A stretch of DNA of 64,000 nt from Camelus dromedarius (taxonomy: Eukaryota). Both the position numbers and the translations under genes were made by a program. Positions 36,441-51,199 of this stretch are shown here, piece after piece. Location: positions 95,482,001-95,546,000 of the forward strand of contig NC_087472.1 in the NCBI RefSeq assembly GCF_036321535.1, written 5' to 3'. Each line of letters opens with the position of its first letter. Position 1 is the first letter of the stretch. The notes beneath the pieces were generated by a model. That model saw nothing but the letters and a program-made list of their open reading frames with translations. It made no database searches and was not told where the DNA came from.

Positions 36441-38019
36441 TAACCAGAGTAGGCCACGTAAACCTCAGCAAACCCTCTTGAACATCCTTTATTTCCTCAG
36501 CAATCCAACAGACTAACTACACTATTTCTTCCCTCTCCTACTCATCTAAGACTCCCAGACTCTTATTTTCCTAAACATTTTTACATTTATGTACATCTAC
36601 AAGCGACATACTGATATATTTCAGTATTGGGGAAGTATTTTTATGGATGCCAAATATGCCTCACTTAAAGGTAATTAGCGCTACTGGAATATGCCAAATG
36701 GGAAGATAAAGGAAGCTAAGTTTTTCTCAGATTGAAGAAAGGTAGCTTTTTTTCCTCTCTGAATTTATTATTTTCTTAAAGAATCTTACCAATAAGATAT
36801 GATCCAGTTCTCCCTAGAAGCAGAAGATAGAGCTAGAAGTAGTCAATTCTAAAGGAGAAAAGAGCACAAGATGAGAAAGAGACAAAAAAGAGACTTTGAA
36901 AATTAAGTCTACAAACTACAGGTTGCCTGGAAAGAGTAGGAGGGTCTCCTCTACGAGCTCAGCGTGGGTCTGTTTTAAGCTAATTCAAAACCATTCCAAA
37001 TGAGCTTATTAGATTCTAATTTGGTGGCTCAGAACCTAATAAGAATTCAGATCAAACTGTTCTTCTTTCTCAAAGAGACAGCACTGTCAAAGAGCCAAAA
37101 TTGGAGTGGGTGTTTGGGGGACTGAGTTACACAGCTTTCACATTATGATTCACCTCTCCACCAGCGAGCCCTTCCCCCATCTCAATAGCATCTGTCAGAG
37201 AGTTTTACTTTAATTCCTCTCCACTAAGGGCAATCAGAAGCTGAAGAGATGCTCCTACAGAAGTGACCTCCACAAAAATAAAAGTCAATAATGTGGCCAG
37301 CTGACACGGAGGATGTCAGGAAGTGCAAAATGATGAGGACAAAGAAAAAGGCAAAACTGTGTAAGGCAGTAGAAAAGGAAACAATCATAGGCCAGGATGA
37401 AAAATTAGGGCAATTATCTGGATAATTCCGCCTCAAAACGCACTTCCTGATGATTGACATAAATGTGTTTTCTTCTCTGGGCTCCATTTTCACAATAGAT
37501 GGAACAGTGGAGCTGCAATAACTGCTTTCTATTTACAGTAAGTTTAAACGAAATAGACCTTCTTTGCTTCTGCGTTACACTTTATAGCTGGTGTGAAGGA
37601 ATGCTTTATAAATATGATGCTACCTGACAGTCTGGCTTCAAAGGAAAATACAATTATTTCTTGCCTGGATTGTTTCTTGCCTGGATCATCCAAATATCAA
37701 ATACTGGTCCAAATTCTTCACTTGAGTAAAGTTTGAGGATTAGGATAACAGGAGTTATGGAGTTAGAGGCAACTCATGCATCACTAGGACCGGCACCAAT
37801 TTACCATTTCATCTGAATTTCCAGTTCACACACATACACACACTATCACAAGCATACAAACTCATACCTTCACTGTGGACTCACACGAACACACAGTCCC
37901 CTGTTTAGTAGAACTTTGGGAAAGAGGGTTCATATTTAGCAATCTTTAGAATTCCTCCCAAGACATCTATGATATTTGTGAGTTATCATCCTACTTAAGA
38001 AATTGAAGAATAGGGGAAA

Positions 38020-38230
38020 GAAACCAGTATTTATGGAGCACCCAATAGGTACCATGCTCTAATGGTACACGTTTCTTCCTTTATTTCATTAAATCTTTAT
38101 ACAATCCTTGTCAAGAAGGCATTGTGAGATGAGAAAACTTAGAAAGGTCTAGTACTTTGCTCTAAGACAAAGAGCTAAGAAGTGGCAGGGCCAACAGACC
38201 AAACTAAGATTCATCTTGTTCTGAAATCAG
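38020..38230 (-). mobile_element. MIR SINE
   Basis: gtatttatggagcacc..tttcattaaatcttt..gatgagaaaacttagaaaggt..gagctaagaagtggcagggcc. Confidence 0.6.
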
Positions 38231-40234
38231 ATCCACTGACACTCCAGGAGATTAAAGGATATAAACATGTATGAGTCTCAAGGGCGTATACAGTGAAATA
38301 GAAAAAAAAAATAAACTGCCCAAACAGAAGATGAGAAATCTTTAGTTTTCTGTTTGAGTTAAATGACACCCTGGCATCTGCAGTGACAATATGAGTGTGA
38401 AAAGATGTCCTTTCTTCTCTTTCATATACTCTAAGATGTACAAACTCTAGTAAACCACTGACATGCTCAGATTTCAAATCCACAGCTTCAACTCTTCCTA
38501 AGAGACACCGAAGACCTATGACATGTAATAATTCACAATTGCCCTGAAGCACAGATTTGGACTTCACGTACCGTGAGGCTGGTATGCAGAAGTGAGTCAC
38601 TTAGTGAGTGAGCACCTGGTCTACTGCCCAGTATTCTCCCCGGACTTGGGTTTGTCATTTTTTCACTTGTTGCCATATTCAGAGTCTATTGAGGAGAACT
38701 ATGTGATAGAGGAGTTATTAATGAATATCAGGGTTATAGATGAGGAGAAGGAAGGGGCCCACTGAAATGAAGGGCTCACCACCTATGTTGGGGCTATAAA
38801 GAGAAACTTGGGGAGCTACCATTAGAGAGAAGCCTGAACATTTCCTAGGTCTTAGCACTTGCAGGACTCAGCCACTAAAATGGAGGGCTCACCATACAGG
38901 TTGCACCTACCGAGTTCTGTATTTTGGGGTTCAAGGTGAATAAGTATGAAATGTCAGTTCCCAGAGTTACTTACTGAAATGAATTAAAGTGCAATCGACC
39001 CACGATGTGCCGCACTAATTGACCTCTGCTCACTTCACATTCATTACCACCCCATCATACCAATCACCCCCAGACTGCTGACCTCCATCATGGCTACTGC
39101 TCTCGGAAACCTTACCACCCAAGGACTAATTTCTCTTTTAGCTGCCAAAAACAGTATGCACTTTGGGATCCATACTGATGAGTTAAACATTATCATCAGG
39201 GTGCATCCTTAATATTTGCTGTGGGCGTGGCACCCCAGGAGCACATACCTTAGGTACAGTGATGTGAAGAAGGGAGAGAGAAAAAACATTCTTCCTTATT
39301 CATCTTAACATCAACTGTCCTACCCAAGAATGAAGAGCAAATGTAAATTTGAACGTAAAAACTTAATTTCAACAGCCTAGGATCGGCAAGACTAACTTCT
39401 GAATGATTGTTCCTGCAGTCTTCAAGGGCTTCCCTCGTATATATGGATACAACTGCTTTCCTGAACTCACACAAGACAAAATGTAAGAAATATGAAAATC
39501 ATGACAGTTTTAAAGTCTATGGAACTCACCCAACATTAATTCATCACAACCTGAATAAAAGTGAATGGGATGACAAGGCAACCCCAGAAAGGGACCTCTC
39601 TCTCTCTTTGTCCCTTTGCTTCTCTTCTTTTCTCTCTTCATTCTCCATAAGGGGCCAATACAGACACTTCCACCACCAGGTATAAGACCGTAGAGCAGAA
39701 AGAGACCTTAGACAGCACCTTGGCCAGAGCCCTCCAATGTCCTTCCTAACATCAGTCAGCTAGTTGCTGATGCAATGACAGCCCAAATGCTCATCTCTCC
39801 ATTCCCAGCTAAGGGTGGTCAGCACACAGAAATACAGAAAAGGGCAAATGACAGTAAGTTAAAATAAGACATAATTAAGATAACGATTCATCAAAATAGT
39901 TCAGCTCCATCAGCCATGATTTGCTTTTTGTAACAGTATGTATTCGATTCAGAGAAGAAAAACACTGCCATAATTAATTATACCCCCCAAATTTAATTAC
40001 ACACACCAAAAATAATTTGAATCTAAAATATGGATTTATAATAAAGAACATACTCAAAGTAAGCTTATTTAATAATGCCATTTTGCCACCATTCCTTACA
40101 TGTGATCGTGAAAAAAAGGCAAATTGATTTCACTTTCTCCCATCAATTTTTAATTAACAGCTAATACTTAGTCCTGAGTTCTGAATACATTTCTATGGGA
40201 CATGATCAAAAAATCATATTTAAATTAGAAAAGA

Positions 40235-40322
40235 GGGGGTGAGGAATAGCTCAGTGATAGAGTGTGGTGCTCAGCATGCACGAGGTTCTGGTTTCAATCT
40301 CCACTATCTCCACTTAAAAAAA
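40235..40322 (+). mobile_element. tRNA-Ala-derived SINE (camelid vic-1-like), short form
   Basis: gggggtgaggaatagctcagtgatagag..gctcagcatgcacgaggttctggtttcaatctccactatctcca plus A tail. TSD aaatt(a/g)gaaaaga at 40222-40234 and 40323-40335. Confidence 0.85.
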
Positions 40323-41930
40323 AAATTGGAAAAGAAAATAGTATTGCCTTCCTAACTCTTGCAGTTATAGCTTCACAAACAAGTGGGGAATTGTCTTTCT
40401 GTCAAATACTGTATAAGCTCTTTTAGCTATAATTCATAAAACAGTGCACCAAGATTGGCATTATGATATGTTAAATGCACAATCAGCTTGGTAGCCCTCT
40501 TTTCATTGTCAAGTAAGAAACTGTGAAGATAAATGAACCCTGAGAATTTCAAGATCTGGAATGTGACACCAGCTGGTGCATGGAAGAAATGAATTCAATC
40601 AGGCTACCTGATGTCTCTTGCTGCTGCCCAGAGCAGGGCAGTCTGCAAGGTTGTAAGAGGACCCAATTTGTTCTTGTCACTCTCATAGTTTAAGTGCCGG
40701 AGGGAAAATGATCTCTTTAACTCTGTTCAAAGAATGAAAAAATACATAAGCTGAAGGAAAACTTCATAGCAAACCTAATAAACTGGATTTTGGAGATGGA
40801 GGTGAAATTGTGATAAGTGATTTTAGCAGTTATAGTCTAATAGATATGAAGGCTGATATTGCACAATGGCTAGTTTCTAAAAATAGAGATGCTTTTTTTA
40901 AACCAGACTTGGGCTTTTAACCCTCTGAAGTTCACTTGATAAAAGCCAGTTTGACAAGATGTAAAACAAGTATTTCAGGAGTTTGAATGAGCTACCAACT
41001 GTACTGTTCTATTAACCATTCTAATTCATTTTACATCTTTTTTTTAACAATGTCTCCAAAATTAATTTGTGTGAGAAACATGGATTAGCTACCTACTCTG
41101 TAGTGAATTCTGTGCTAGGTGCTGGAGATACAGAGTGAAGTAAGACAGTCTGCCTTTTCACAAAATCATCTGGTAGTAACAGAAAAATAAGTGATGATGA
41201 CACCAGTTCCTGATCTTCAAGAATGGTGTGAAGTAGAGGTACTATTTTATCAGGAATGGAAATGAGTAAGATATTTCAGTCTGAAAGGACAATGTCAGAG
41301 AGGGGTTATAATTAAAAACTGTAAAATTGAGAATAATATGCATAATTTAAGTTTAATCATGGTCATCTTACAAGATCCAATCTTCTGCTTTTCTCAAATA
41401 TAATATCTCTCTCAGAGATCTGGTCCATTTTCATGAGCTCAATTATAACCTCCATCATAGTTACACTATCGTAACAACACAATTACCAATGAATAATCTG
41501 TAAATTGGTTTTCAGTCCTGTAACTCTCCAAACTGCCAACATGCAAAATTGGCCTCAACAATTATTTGCTAAATAAATATGTGCCTAATTAATTTTCCTA
41601 AATCATCACGTCACATCTTCAGACAATCTTAGACAACTCATTTGCTAATTTCATAAAAATAAACTGGAACTCCTTAGTCTAGCATTGAAGATTTCTTAAC
41701 ATTTACCCAAGAGTTTACAGAATTTCCCCTCCTGACTCCTGCACATGGACTGACATCTCCACCGAAATTGATCCCATCACAATCCAGCCCCAAATACCCA
41801 TAACTTTCCAGGGTCTTCCTGAAACTTCCCCATCCTTTAAGATGCAATCATTCTCATTTGAAGTTTATAATGTGCTCCCTTTTATTGTTGGAAATCTGTG
41901 TAATATTATCTTCTAAGTTCCAGGGTAGCC

Positions 41931-42008
41931 TATTAGGTTGAACCATGTGAAATTGTCACTATTTAATCTTTTGCCAGAAAAACACAACAATTTCATATGG
42001 TTCACTAG
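41931..42008. mobile_element. MADE2-like mariner MITE (about 80 bp, palindromic)
   Basis: Terminal inverted repeats tattaggttgaaccatgtgaaattg ... caatttcatatggttca. Confidence 0.8.
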
Positions 42009-42315
42009 AGTAAGTGTTATGTCTTTATGCTCTCGAGTTCCTAAAATATGCTGAACATAACGGATATTCAACTCTATTTGATTCAATTTTCTTTCCCACC
42101 CTCATTGGTAAGCTGGGGAAAGTAGGCAGATAATAATTTATTAGTGGAGCGGTAGCCGTTTCTCTCCAGCTTCATATTCCTTCAGGACTCATCATAATCT
42201 TGACTCAGTAGTCACATTAGTATTTCCACTCTGAAAAGACTATTTCTTGCTTCACTTAGGATAGGCTGGACCGTGAAGCTACGATGCTCCAGTCTCCGGT
42301 AAAATTAATAGGTTC

Positions 42316-42742
42316 TGTGTTGATTTCCTAGGGCTGCTATATACAATAGAAATTTATTTCCCCACCGTTCTAGAGGCTAAAAATCCAAAATCAAGGTGTC
42401 AGCAGAGCCATGCTTCTTCTCAGACTCTAAATAGAATTCTTTCTTGCCTCTTCATAGCATCCGGTAGTGGCTGTCAATGCCTGCAATCCTTGACTTTCAG
42501 ATGCGCACTGCAGTCTCGGCCCCCACTGTCGCATGGCACCTCCATGCACGTGTCTGTGCCTGTGTCTCTCCTCTTCTTCCAAAGACACCAGTCATATCAG
42601 ATTAAGGACCCATCCTACTTTGTATGACCTCATCTTAACTAATTATATCGGCAGTGACCCCATTTCCAAATAAGATCACATTCTGAGGTACTGAGAGTTA
42701 AGGATTCAACATATCTTTTTTTGGGAGGGGGTGTCTATAACA
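42316..42742 (-). mobile_element. MaLR (MLT1B/C-like) solo LTR
   Basis: tgtgttgatttcctagggctgc..aatcaaggtgtcagcag..gacctcatcttaactaattat..ttccaaataagatcacattctgaggtactg. Confidence 0.85.
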
Positions 42743-45700
42743 CTTTCATTCTTGAAAGCTGTACTTTATCTGAAATGAAGAAAAGTCTACTTTTATACAA
42801 CTTACCTGCAAATAAGTGAACTTTAAAAATTACATAATTTGAAGTAAGCATTTAAAGTAAGCAAACATGCAGGCATTATTCAGTAGCCTTCTGAACTATT
42901 ACTAACTTATTTCAGTCCAGAGCCTTAGACATACAATCAGTTACAATGTCCTCCTGTAACTTACACAGTGAGGAATTCAACCCAGTCTTTGAGTTTGTCC
43001 AGGCTCCAGACACTCATTTGCTACCTAGCAGTTGTTGCAACCCCTTTTCTGAATTCATGAGTTTTACTCCCCTGTGACTGTTATTACCTGACCTCAGCAA
43101 ATAAATGGAGAAAAGACTACCTCATTCTACCTCTAACCTTTCCTATTCACTTCTCTTTCTATTTAATCCCTTGATGTTTCCAAGCACATTCTAACTGAAC
43201 TTTCCACTATTTATCTGCCAGAATTTCACTCCGAGGCCCTCTTCTCTGCTGTATAGGTATCATTCATCTCTCCTACTCTCTTTTGGCACCTTCCCCAACT
43301 CACTACATTGTCTCTACAATCCCTTCATACCATGTACTGAAAAGAAGGCTATCCAGTGGAGATAACACTTTCAACATTCATAAGGAGAAGACTGTGCAGC
43401 CACATAAACTCAATCCAAAGAATTAGTCTTAAAATTATGTACTGAAATAGAAACCCTACAGGCACAAATATATTAACCACAGCATTGGTTATAATCATCA
43501 ATAATTTTTAATCAATCATTTAAGTAACCAAAATCATCCAAAATAGAGGAATAGATATCTCTTCCCCTATTTTGGGTAAATTTGGTTATATATTATATAT
43601 ATAGTCACTGCAGATATAATTAGCTAAGATGATGTCATACTAGAGTAGGATGCGTCCTTAATCCAATATGAGATACATATATATAATTTTATAACAATTC
43701 AATAGAATATTAAGTAGCTATTAAAATAATAATTATAATGGTGATTTAACAATGAGCAGGTATATGCAATATTAATAAAAATCTATCATGAAAATGTTTC
43801 TCTGATTTTATTATAGCTATGAAAATATTATAAGAAGAGAATAGTGATACTAATTGATTCTAGAAGTGGTAGAAAATATTCTTAAACATGTGGTAAATTT
43901 TAAAGTTAACTAACAGAAGAGCATAAATAGCATATGCAATTATCAAACTACTAGATACAAAAATTAAAACACAGAAAATTCAATAAGTTAAATAAAAGGC
44001 TGGAAAAGAAAAAAGTAATTGTAGTTAAGAGAAAACATGAAATAAATCAGATGACAAGAATGTATCTAACCTATGAGGAATAACAATAAATATAAAAGTG
44101 GTTAAATAACCATGTTCAAAGACAGAGAGTCTCAGATAGGGCAAAAACACAAATAACATAAATCCTAGATGTGTTGTTTACAAAAGACAGTCTTAAAATG
44201 AAAAATAATGCTTTAAAATACAGGGATGTAAAATGATACCCAAGCTGTTATTAACTAAATGAAAAGTGCAATAGAGTTCAAGGTGAACATTAAAATGGAT
44301 AAAAATTTCTATTTCATTTGATATTGATGAATAATACAATAAAATGAGAAGATCTAATAATCACAAACTTTTTGTGCATGTAATAAAATACCTTCAAAAT
44401 ATTTAAATGATAACTACTTATAAAGTGAACAAACAAAAAACAAGAAAGTCCTGAATTGCAGTGGAACACTCTAACCACTTTCTGCAGAAATTCAGTTTAT
44501 AAACTAAGTCAGAAGAGTGAGATAATTAACAATGAAACTGCATATACTAGATAATCTTAGAATACTGTTGTGCCTAACAAGCAGAAAATACACCATCACT
44601 TTAAATGTCCATACGAAATATTTACAAATGACTATGGTTAAGCAATATGAAAATTTTCAAAACATTTTAAAAAGAATATTTGGACCAAATTCTCTGACAA
44701 CAGTGGAAAAACATTTTTAATTCTTAAAAATTCAAAAATATCCTTGCATGAATTCCAGCACACGTATAGTTTCTTTACAACAAAAAAGGCAATTTTACTT
44801 CATGCTACTTTATTAAAAGGTAAAATTTAAAAATACTCTTCTTGTGTGAAGGTGAAACGAAACACTATATTTTAAAATCCTCTAGAAATGACTGATAATC
44901 AGAGTACTAGATATCAAAATATTGCATTACAGGCCAAGCGACACCCAAAGGAAGAATTACTGCCTTAAAAGCATTTATTATAAAACCAAAAATTTTGAAA
45001 ATAACATTACCCTCAAAATGCTAAAAATAACACCAAAAAACTAAATGAGATCCTTATAACAACAAAAGTTAAACTTCCATTTACAGAAAATCAAAAGAAA
45101 ATCATAAAGATGTAGATGACCTGAACAACACTGTCAATGAACTTGATCTTGCTGACATCTGTAGAATACTCCACCCAACAACAGCAGAACACACTTTTTT
45201 CAAATGTACATGAAATATTCACCAAGATAGGCTATCTTCCTGGGTCTAAAACAAATCTTAACAAATTTCAAAGGACTGAAATACTATAAAATATATTCTC
45301 TGAAGATAATAGAATTAAATCATTTATAGAAGATAGAGCACATATGTCTCCTACTCATTTCTTCAAAAAAAAAAAACCATTAAATGACAGTAAAGGAATT
45401 ATTTTTTTAAATAGTCACAGATTTCCAAGGCCACAGAAAACAGAAGAACAAACAGAAACACAATTTTGGAACCTGAAAAGCAACCAAATGATTGCTTGTG
45501 TACCAGCATTGAGAAAGCTGAATCCTATGCCAGCAATGGAGAAAGCCAAGGAACAACTTGATTTATAGCACAGATTCCCCAAAATGCTTCTGAATTTGTT
45601 GTCCCAGTGCCCTCTGAAGTGGAATGATGAAGGAGCTAAAACAAGAAGATAAAATCAACATCTGGTAAAGGGAAAAGATCTTGCCTCGCACTCCATGCAG

Positions 45701-46125
45701 CCAGGTAAGCTTCCTTTCCCACCCAGAAGACTGGAGTTTATTCCCTGAAGGGGAGAAAATACAGCTTCTGTAGACTATGGGATACCAGGCACAGGTGAGA
45801 GAAGGATGCCATGCTGAAAGCATAGTAGTAAGTGAAAGTTTGCATGCTGAATGTTAAGACTTCTTTCTTCCTCTACTTGGCCCTCAAAATACAGCCTCTC
45901 CACCCGGGCAGGGAATTAGAAGAATATTTTTCTAGGAGCTCTGACCCATCAGGAAGAAATATACTAAAAACATTGACACTGTGGAGTTTCTTTACAAAAA
46001 GGTCTAGCCAGAAGCTAGAGTCAACAAGTCTCAGCTATCTGCAAAGAAGCCCTGGATGAGCATTTTAGTGCTCAATTGTTATACACAAGTGAACACTCAA
46101 AAATCCCTAGACATTAGAAGACTTC

Positions 46126-46227
<102 letters not shown>

Positions 46228-47309
46228 AATAAAAAAGCAAAAGCAAACATTGGAAGAAACAGATTATAAAAGGGAAAGAAAACTTTAAGAAAAACTATCA
46301 CTATTTTCCTTGTAAAGCAATGAGATGTTGCTTCTAGGAAAGAAGAGAAGGATGTAATAAAACAAAGGAATATTCTGAGAATTAAAAAGAGCTCTTTAAA
46401 ATAAAAATCAAATGATAGCTGTTTTTAAAATCTTAATAGAAGGGAAAATATTGTTGAGGCTATTTCCCAGAATTAACAGCAAAAGGGCAAAGAAGAGATA
46501 AGATAAAATCCTAGGACTCTTCATTAGATCCAACATCCTAATAAAAAAAATCCCAGAAAGAGAGAAGAAAAACTGCAGAGGAAGAAAGCATCAAAAACAT
46601 TATGCAAAAATATTTCCCACAACTGAAAGACATAAGTTTCCAGACTGAAAGGATCCACCAATAGATAAAAATAGATGCTGTCCACATCACATCACCAGGA
46701 AATCTCAGAACACTGAATAAAGGGGAGATTCTCAAAGCTTTCAGAAAGAGAGAAATAGGTCTCACAAAACATCAGAATGACATCAGACTTCTCCATGGCA
46801 TCACTAGAATATAGAAGATTCTGAAGAAAAATGACCTCCAACCAACATTTCTATAGCCAGCTAAACTATTACTGTGAAGATAATTTCTAAAAAGTCACCT
46901 TCTATGAACTTAAGAGAGGTGCTCTACCATAATGAGGTAGTAAACCAAGAGAGAGGAAGACATAGAACCCAGGAAACCAGAAGTCAACACAAGAAAAGAG
47001 AAAGGAAGTTCCAGGAGGATAGTGGAGTAAAGATTCTGAGATGACTACTTGGAACAGCTTACAGAGCAACCAGGTTAGGCAAGAACTGTTCTGAAGGCTC
47101 CATGAATGATTTCTTCCAGGAGATGACACTGACTGAATGAGCACTTGACGAGCATGAATATACTGAGAGGGATTTGGGGTTGAATCAGAAATAAGAACAT
47201 AGAAATTGAAGCAAATATAAAAACAAGATAATTGTTAGCTCCAACAAAAACTGAGAGGCTTTGTAGAAAGGAAAATTAAACAGAATAATCAGCTGTGAAT
47301 ATCATTTCC

Positions 47310-47465
47310 TTAGTTCTCAACCTTGGCTGAACATTAGAATCATCTAGGGAGCTTTTAAAACTTCAGCTACCCAAACCACACTTGGATCATTACATCAGAA
47401 ATAGGCATCCATATTTTTTTAAGCTCCTCAAGTGATTTAAATGGCAGCCAATATGAAAACCACTG
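47310..47465. mobile_element. MER5-like hAT-Charlie fossil
   Basis: gttctcaaccttggctgaacattagaatcatctagggagctttt...aagctcctcaagtgatt...gaaaaccactg. Confidence 0.75.
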
Positions 47466-50439
47466 ACTTATTCATAATAATTTAAATCCTGAATATTGAT
47501 GTAAGCAAAACTAAAACAAATTGTGAGCTTGGAGAACATGGTTAGAAAAGGGGGGATATGATAAGGATGGGGAGCAGATGGACAGAAAGTTAATTCTCCA
47601 TCTTATATGATAGGAAGTCAGTTGATAATGCTTGAAATGGAAGCATCAGGAAGCAGCCATAGATGCATGTTATATAGAGAGATGGAGATAAATATCAAAT
47701 GAATCATCTAAAACACTTGAGAGTGCGAAATAGGAGAGAGGGGACTCCATGTTTCCTGTAACAGGCTTTGTAGAACTGCATGACTCTTTAAACTATGTGC
47801 ATGGGTGACTTTCACAAAAATGAAAACCCATTTTTAAAAATAAATAAAAGCTAAAGTAATAATGTAGAAAATAAGCACAAAAAGAAAAACCCAAATCCAG
47901 TTTTATACAAAGCTAATTAAGTAACAAAAACATAGCTAAGAAAAATAGATCATACACACACTTGGATTCTGAACTGAGATACAACTAGAGATAGAGACAA
48001 TACTAAATATAATTATAAAAAAAAGTATCACTTTATACTTAATGAATTTGAAAGCCAGATGACCTGAATGATTTTCTAAACTATGTAAGTTAGTCACCAA
48101 AATAGACCTAAGATGCAAAAAAAAAAAATGGAGATGGATAATCATGAAAGAAATTTTAAAATCTACCATGACAAAAGTCACCAGGCAGAGGTTTTACAGA
48201 GAAAATAGTCCAGTATTGTGTATAAATGGTCCCAGATCATAGGAAAAATAAGAAAATCTTCACACATTATACTATGAGCTTGATTTAACCCCATTACTGA
48301 AGCAGACCAAAAAAAAAAAAAAAACTAAAACCACATGACACTATGCCTTATAAATATAGATGAAACATTCCAAGAAAATATTAGCAAACTTGAGTCTGTG
48401 ATTAATATTATATATTATGATCAAGTAATTAAAATGAAATAATTTTATCCTTTTGACTTATAAAATTAGAAAAACATTAAAAAAATTTGTTACATTCGAT
48501 GTTGACAGTGGTGAGAAATTGACAATTTCAATCTAAATTTAACTAAACTGAAGATATCTTTCATCCCAGCAAATACACTTCTATATATCTATCCTAGAAA
48601 AGCACAAATATGTATGTTCAAGGATACTCATTTCGACATTATTTAAAAGAGTAAAAAATGAGAAACAATCTAAATGTCCACTAATAGCAGACAGGCTAAC
48701 AATATTATGATCCATCTATATTTTGAAATACTATGTAGCAGTTTTAAAAATGAGATGGATTTCAATAGAAAGATATGTCAAAAACATACTAAGTGAAGAA
48801 AATTTGTTGCCCAATTGGTACAGATTAAATATATACTTGTGTTTGTATGTGTACATATGTATATTAAATTACATTGAAAGGTTAAATGGATGTATATTAA
48901 GCCTTTAATAATGGTTAAGGATGAACTAATAAGGATCATGAGGTTTGAGGGGAGAGGAATAAGTGGAAGGCGACTTTCATTTTTTACTCTATTTCTATGT
49001 TTGAATTTCTGCAATGAAAATGCATTCATGTAATTAAAATTAAACAATTAAAATGTAAAGATCACATATGCATGTGGACAGATTCTGAAAAGAAGGAAGA
49101 AAAATTTTTAAATAGAAACAAGTGTATGTTTGTTTTTGTTTGATTTAAGGTGGTGTGATCCTCAGCATTTCGAAAAATATTCTAAGGTTTATATGGAGCT
49201 GGGTTTGTACAGCTGCTCCAACCCAATGACATACTTTAAATATTACCAAACATCGCAAAAAGATTTTGGAAACAAAAATTTGAAGAGGGTGACAAACAAG
49301 CAAATCTTTCATTCCAAAATGTGTCACTGTGTCCCAATCTAGGAAAAAGACAAATATGTCCTTGGAGTATTTAAAATTTCAATTTGACTACATCCTCACT
49401 CACAAATTTTGACAATCCAATGGACACTTGCCTGATATAAGAATATTTCTGGGTCCAAGCAAGCCTTCCCGGAGTAGGTAAGAGGGATTCTTTTTGTTAA
49501 CCAAACAAGCAATTTACTGCATGATTAAAAAGAATATGCAACTACTCGCAAATTGTTTCCCATTTCTCCTGGTGGTAAACAAATCCTCTGACACACACAA
49601 AAAACTTAGAAATCAAATAATCGAGTGTGAGGTAAAATGTGTTGCCTTTGAGGCAGCCTTGAAGAGTAATCAGTTTGATGGAATCAAATCCTGACTTTAT
49701 TTGCTTCAAAAATCCAACCTACATATAATAATTTAAGTACCTAAGATATCACTTCTGTCCTGTGGTCCTAAAACATGTGGTTAAATATGAAACCTTTTGG
49801 CATAATTTAGGAATAGAGACATCTCTGATTTCACCCTATTTTCAACTTAGTGATATTATTTCCCTTCATTTTCCTAGTTCTCTTAGAAGCAGGATGTATA
49901 GGTCATAATTTATTTTAATGAAATTCAGAGAACAGAATTTCCACATAAAACATTGTCAACACACCTCTACATCACTAACTTAAGGATCCCTGTTGCTCAC
50001 CATAAATATTACTTAGCTACTCCATGATGACAAATTAGAAAGCAAAAGCACTTAGAGCTTTACAGTAATGCTTCGCACTTTGCAGACTCCAGGGGACCAT
50101 TTAAAGTACTGAGGGAAGGTGGGGCAGGAGAGAATGAATTGTGAGGTTAAATTCCTGCAGCCCATCTCCTGTCACTGAGATCACCTGTCCTCTCCTTAAG
50201 GCTCATCCAGCCCCAAGCTTTGAGGTAAATCCTGACCTTAGTCTTCAGAAATTTAAGGTGCTTTAGTCTACCACCATGACTCAGGACCAAGTCACTCTAC
50301 ACCTCTGGCTTTGTCTGACAGTGTGCCTAATTCTAATCTGGGGGGTTTCTTCCATTTTCACAAGATAAAGTTTCTTCCAGTATCCTTAATCTAGTAACTA
50401 GGTCCATGACTTATTCTCTAGGTCCAGAATCCCTGAGAA

Positions 50440-50600
50440 TCTAGAGGATCTGAGCCCCATTACTTGCTAGCTCTCTTACTTTGGGCAAGTTTCTTAGTTT
50501 CTCCAAACCCCAGTTTTATCATCTTAAGACTGCAGAGTAACAGTACATACAATACCACAGTGCATGGCACATGGTAGAGGCTGGGTAAATGTTAATCCCC
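50440..50600 (+). mobile_element. MIR SINE
   Basis: ccattacttgctagct..actttgggcaagtttcttag..ccccagtttt. Confidence 0.6.
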
Positions 50601-51199
50601 ACCACTTGCATCTTTATTGCTGATTTTTCTTTGAAAACTGAACAGTTTATCAGAACCTCTGAAACCGGAAACTTGTCTTGTTGCTCTTCTGAGTCTATAT
50701 GCCAGCCCTGAGGCTAAGCTTCTGCTCCTACTGATAAAGTCAGCAACACCTCCTGCCTACTCAAATTTCTGACTTTGCCCAACATTGATCTCTCTGGACT
50801 CTTGCTTCTTGAGAGACACATGACTGAAATTTTCTGCTCTCCTGATGTTCTCACAGAACGCTATGCTCCCTCCTGGCTCAACAGCTCTATATTATGTGAA
50901 CTTGGATTTGTACAGTGCCTGCCCCAACTCATTGGAGAGAGAAATGCTGGAAAATGCCTCTAAAATCTTGCTGAGGTTTCGCTGAGTCTACCCATGGAAA
51001 GCCTTCTGAAACTCATATATCACAAGTGTTCCTCACTTTCAAAGTAGAACAAAAAGAAAATCTAAAAACCAGTGGATTGACTTTCCCCTAGTTCCCTTCC
51101 CTGACTTTGACCTTGAGAGAGCGATCTGGAAGAGATGGGATTCCACTATCAAGCTGGCAGAAGAGAGCTGCTAAATTACTGTCTGATTCTTATTACGTA

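Noticed and set aside
49247..49338. Minus-strand exon candidate (WDTVTHFGMKDLLVCHPLQIFVSKIFLRCL)
   Set aside because: Weaker donor (TTG|GTAATA), T-rich intron-like composition and an unrecognised peptide.
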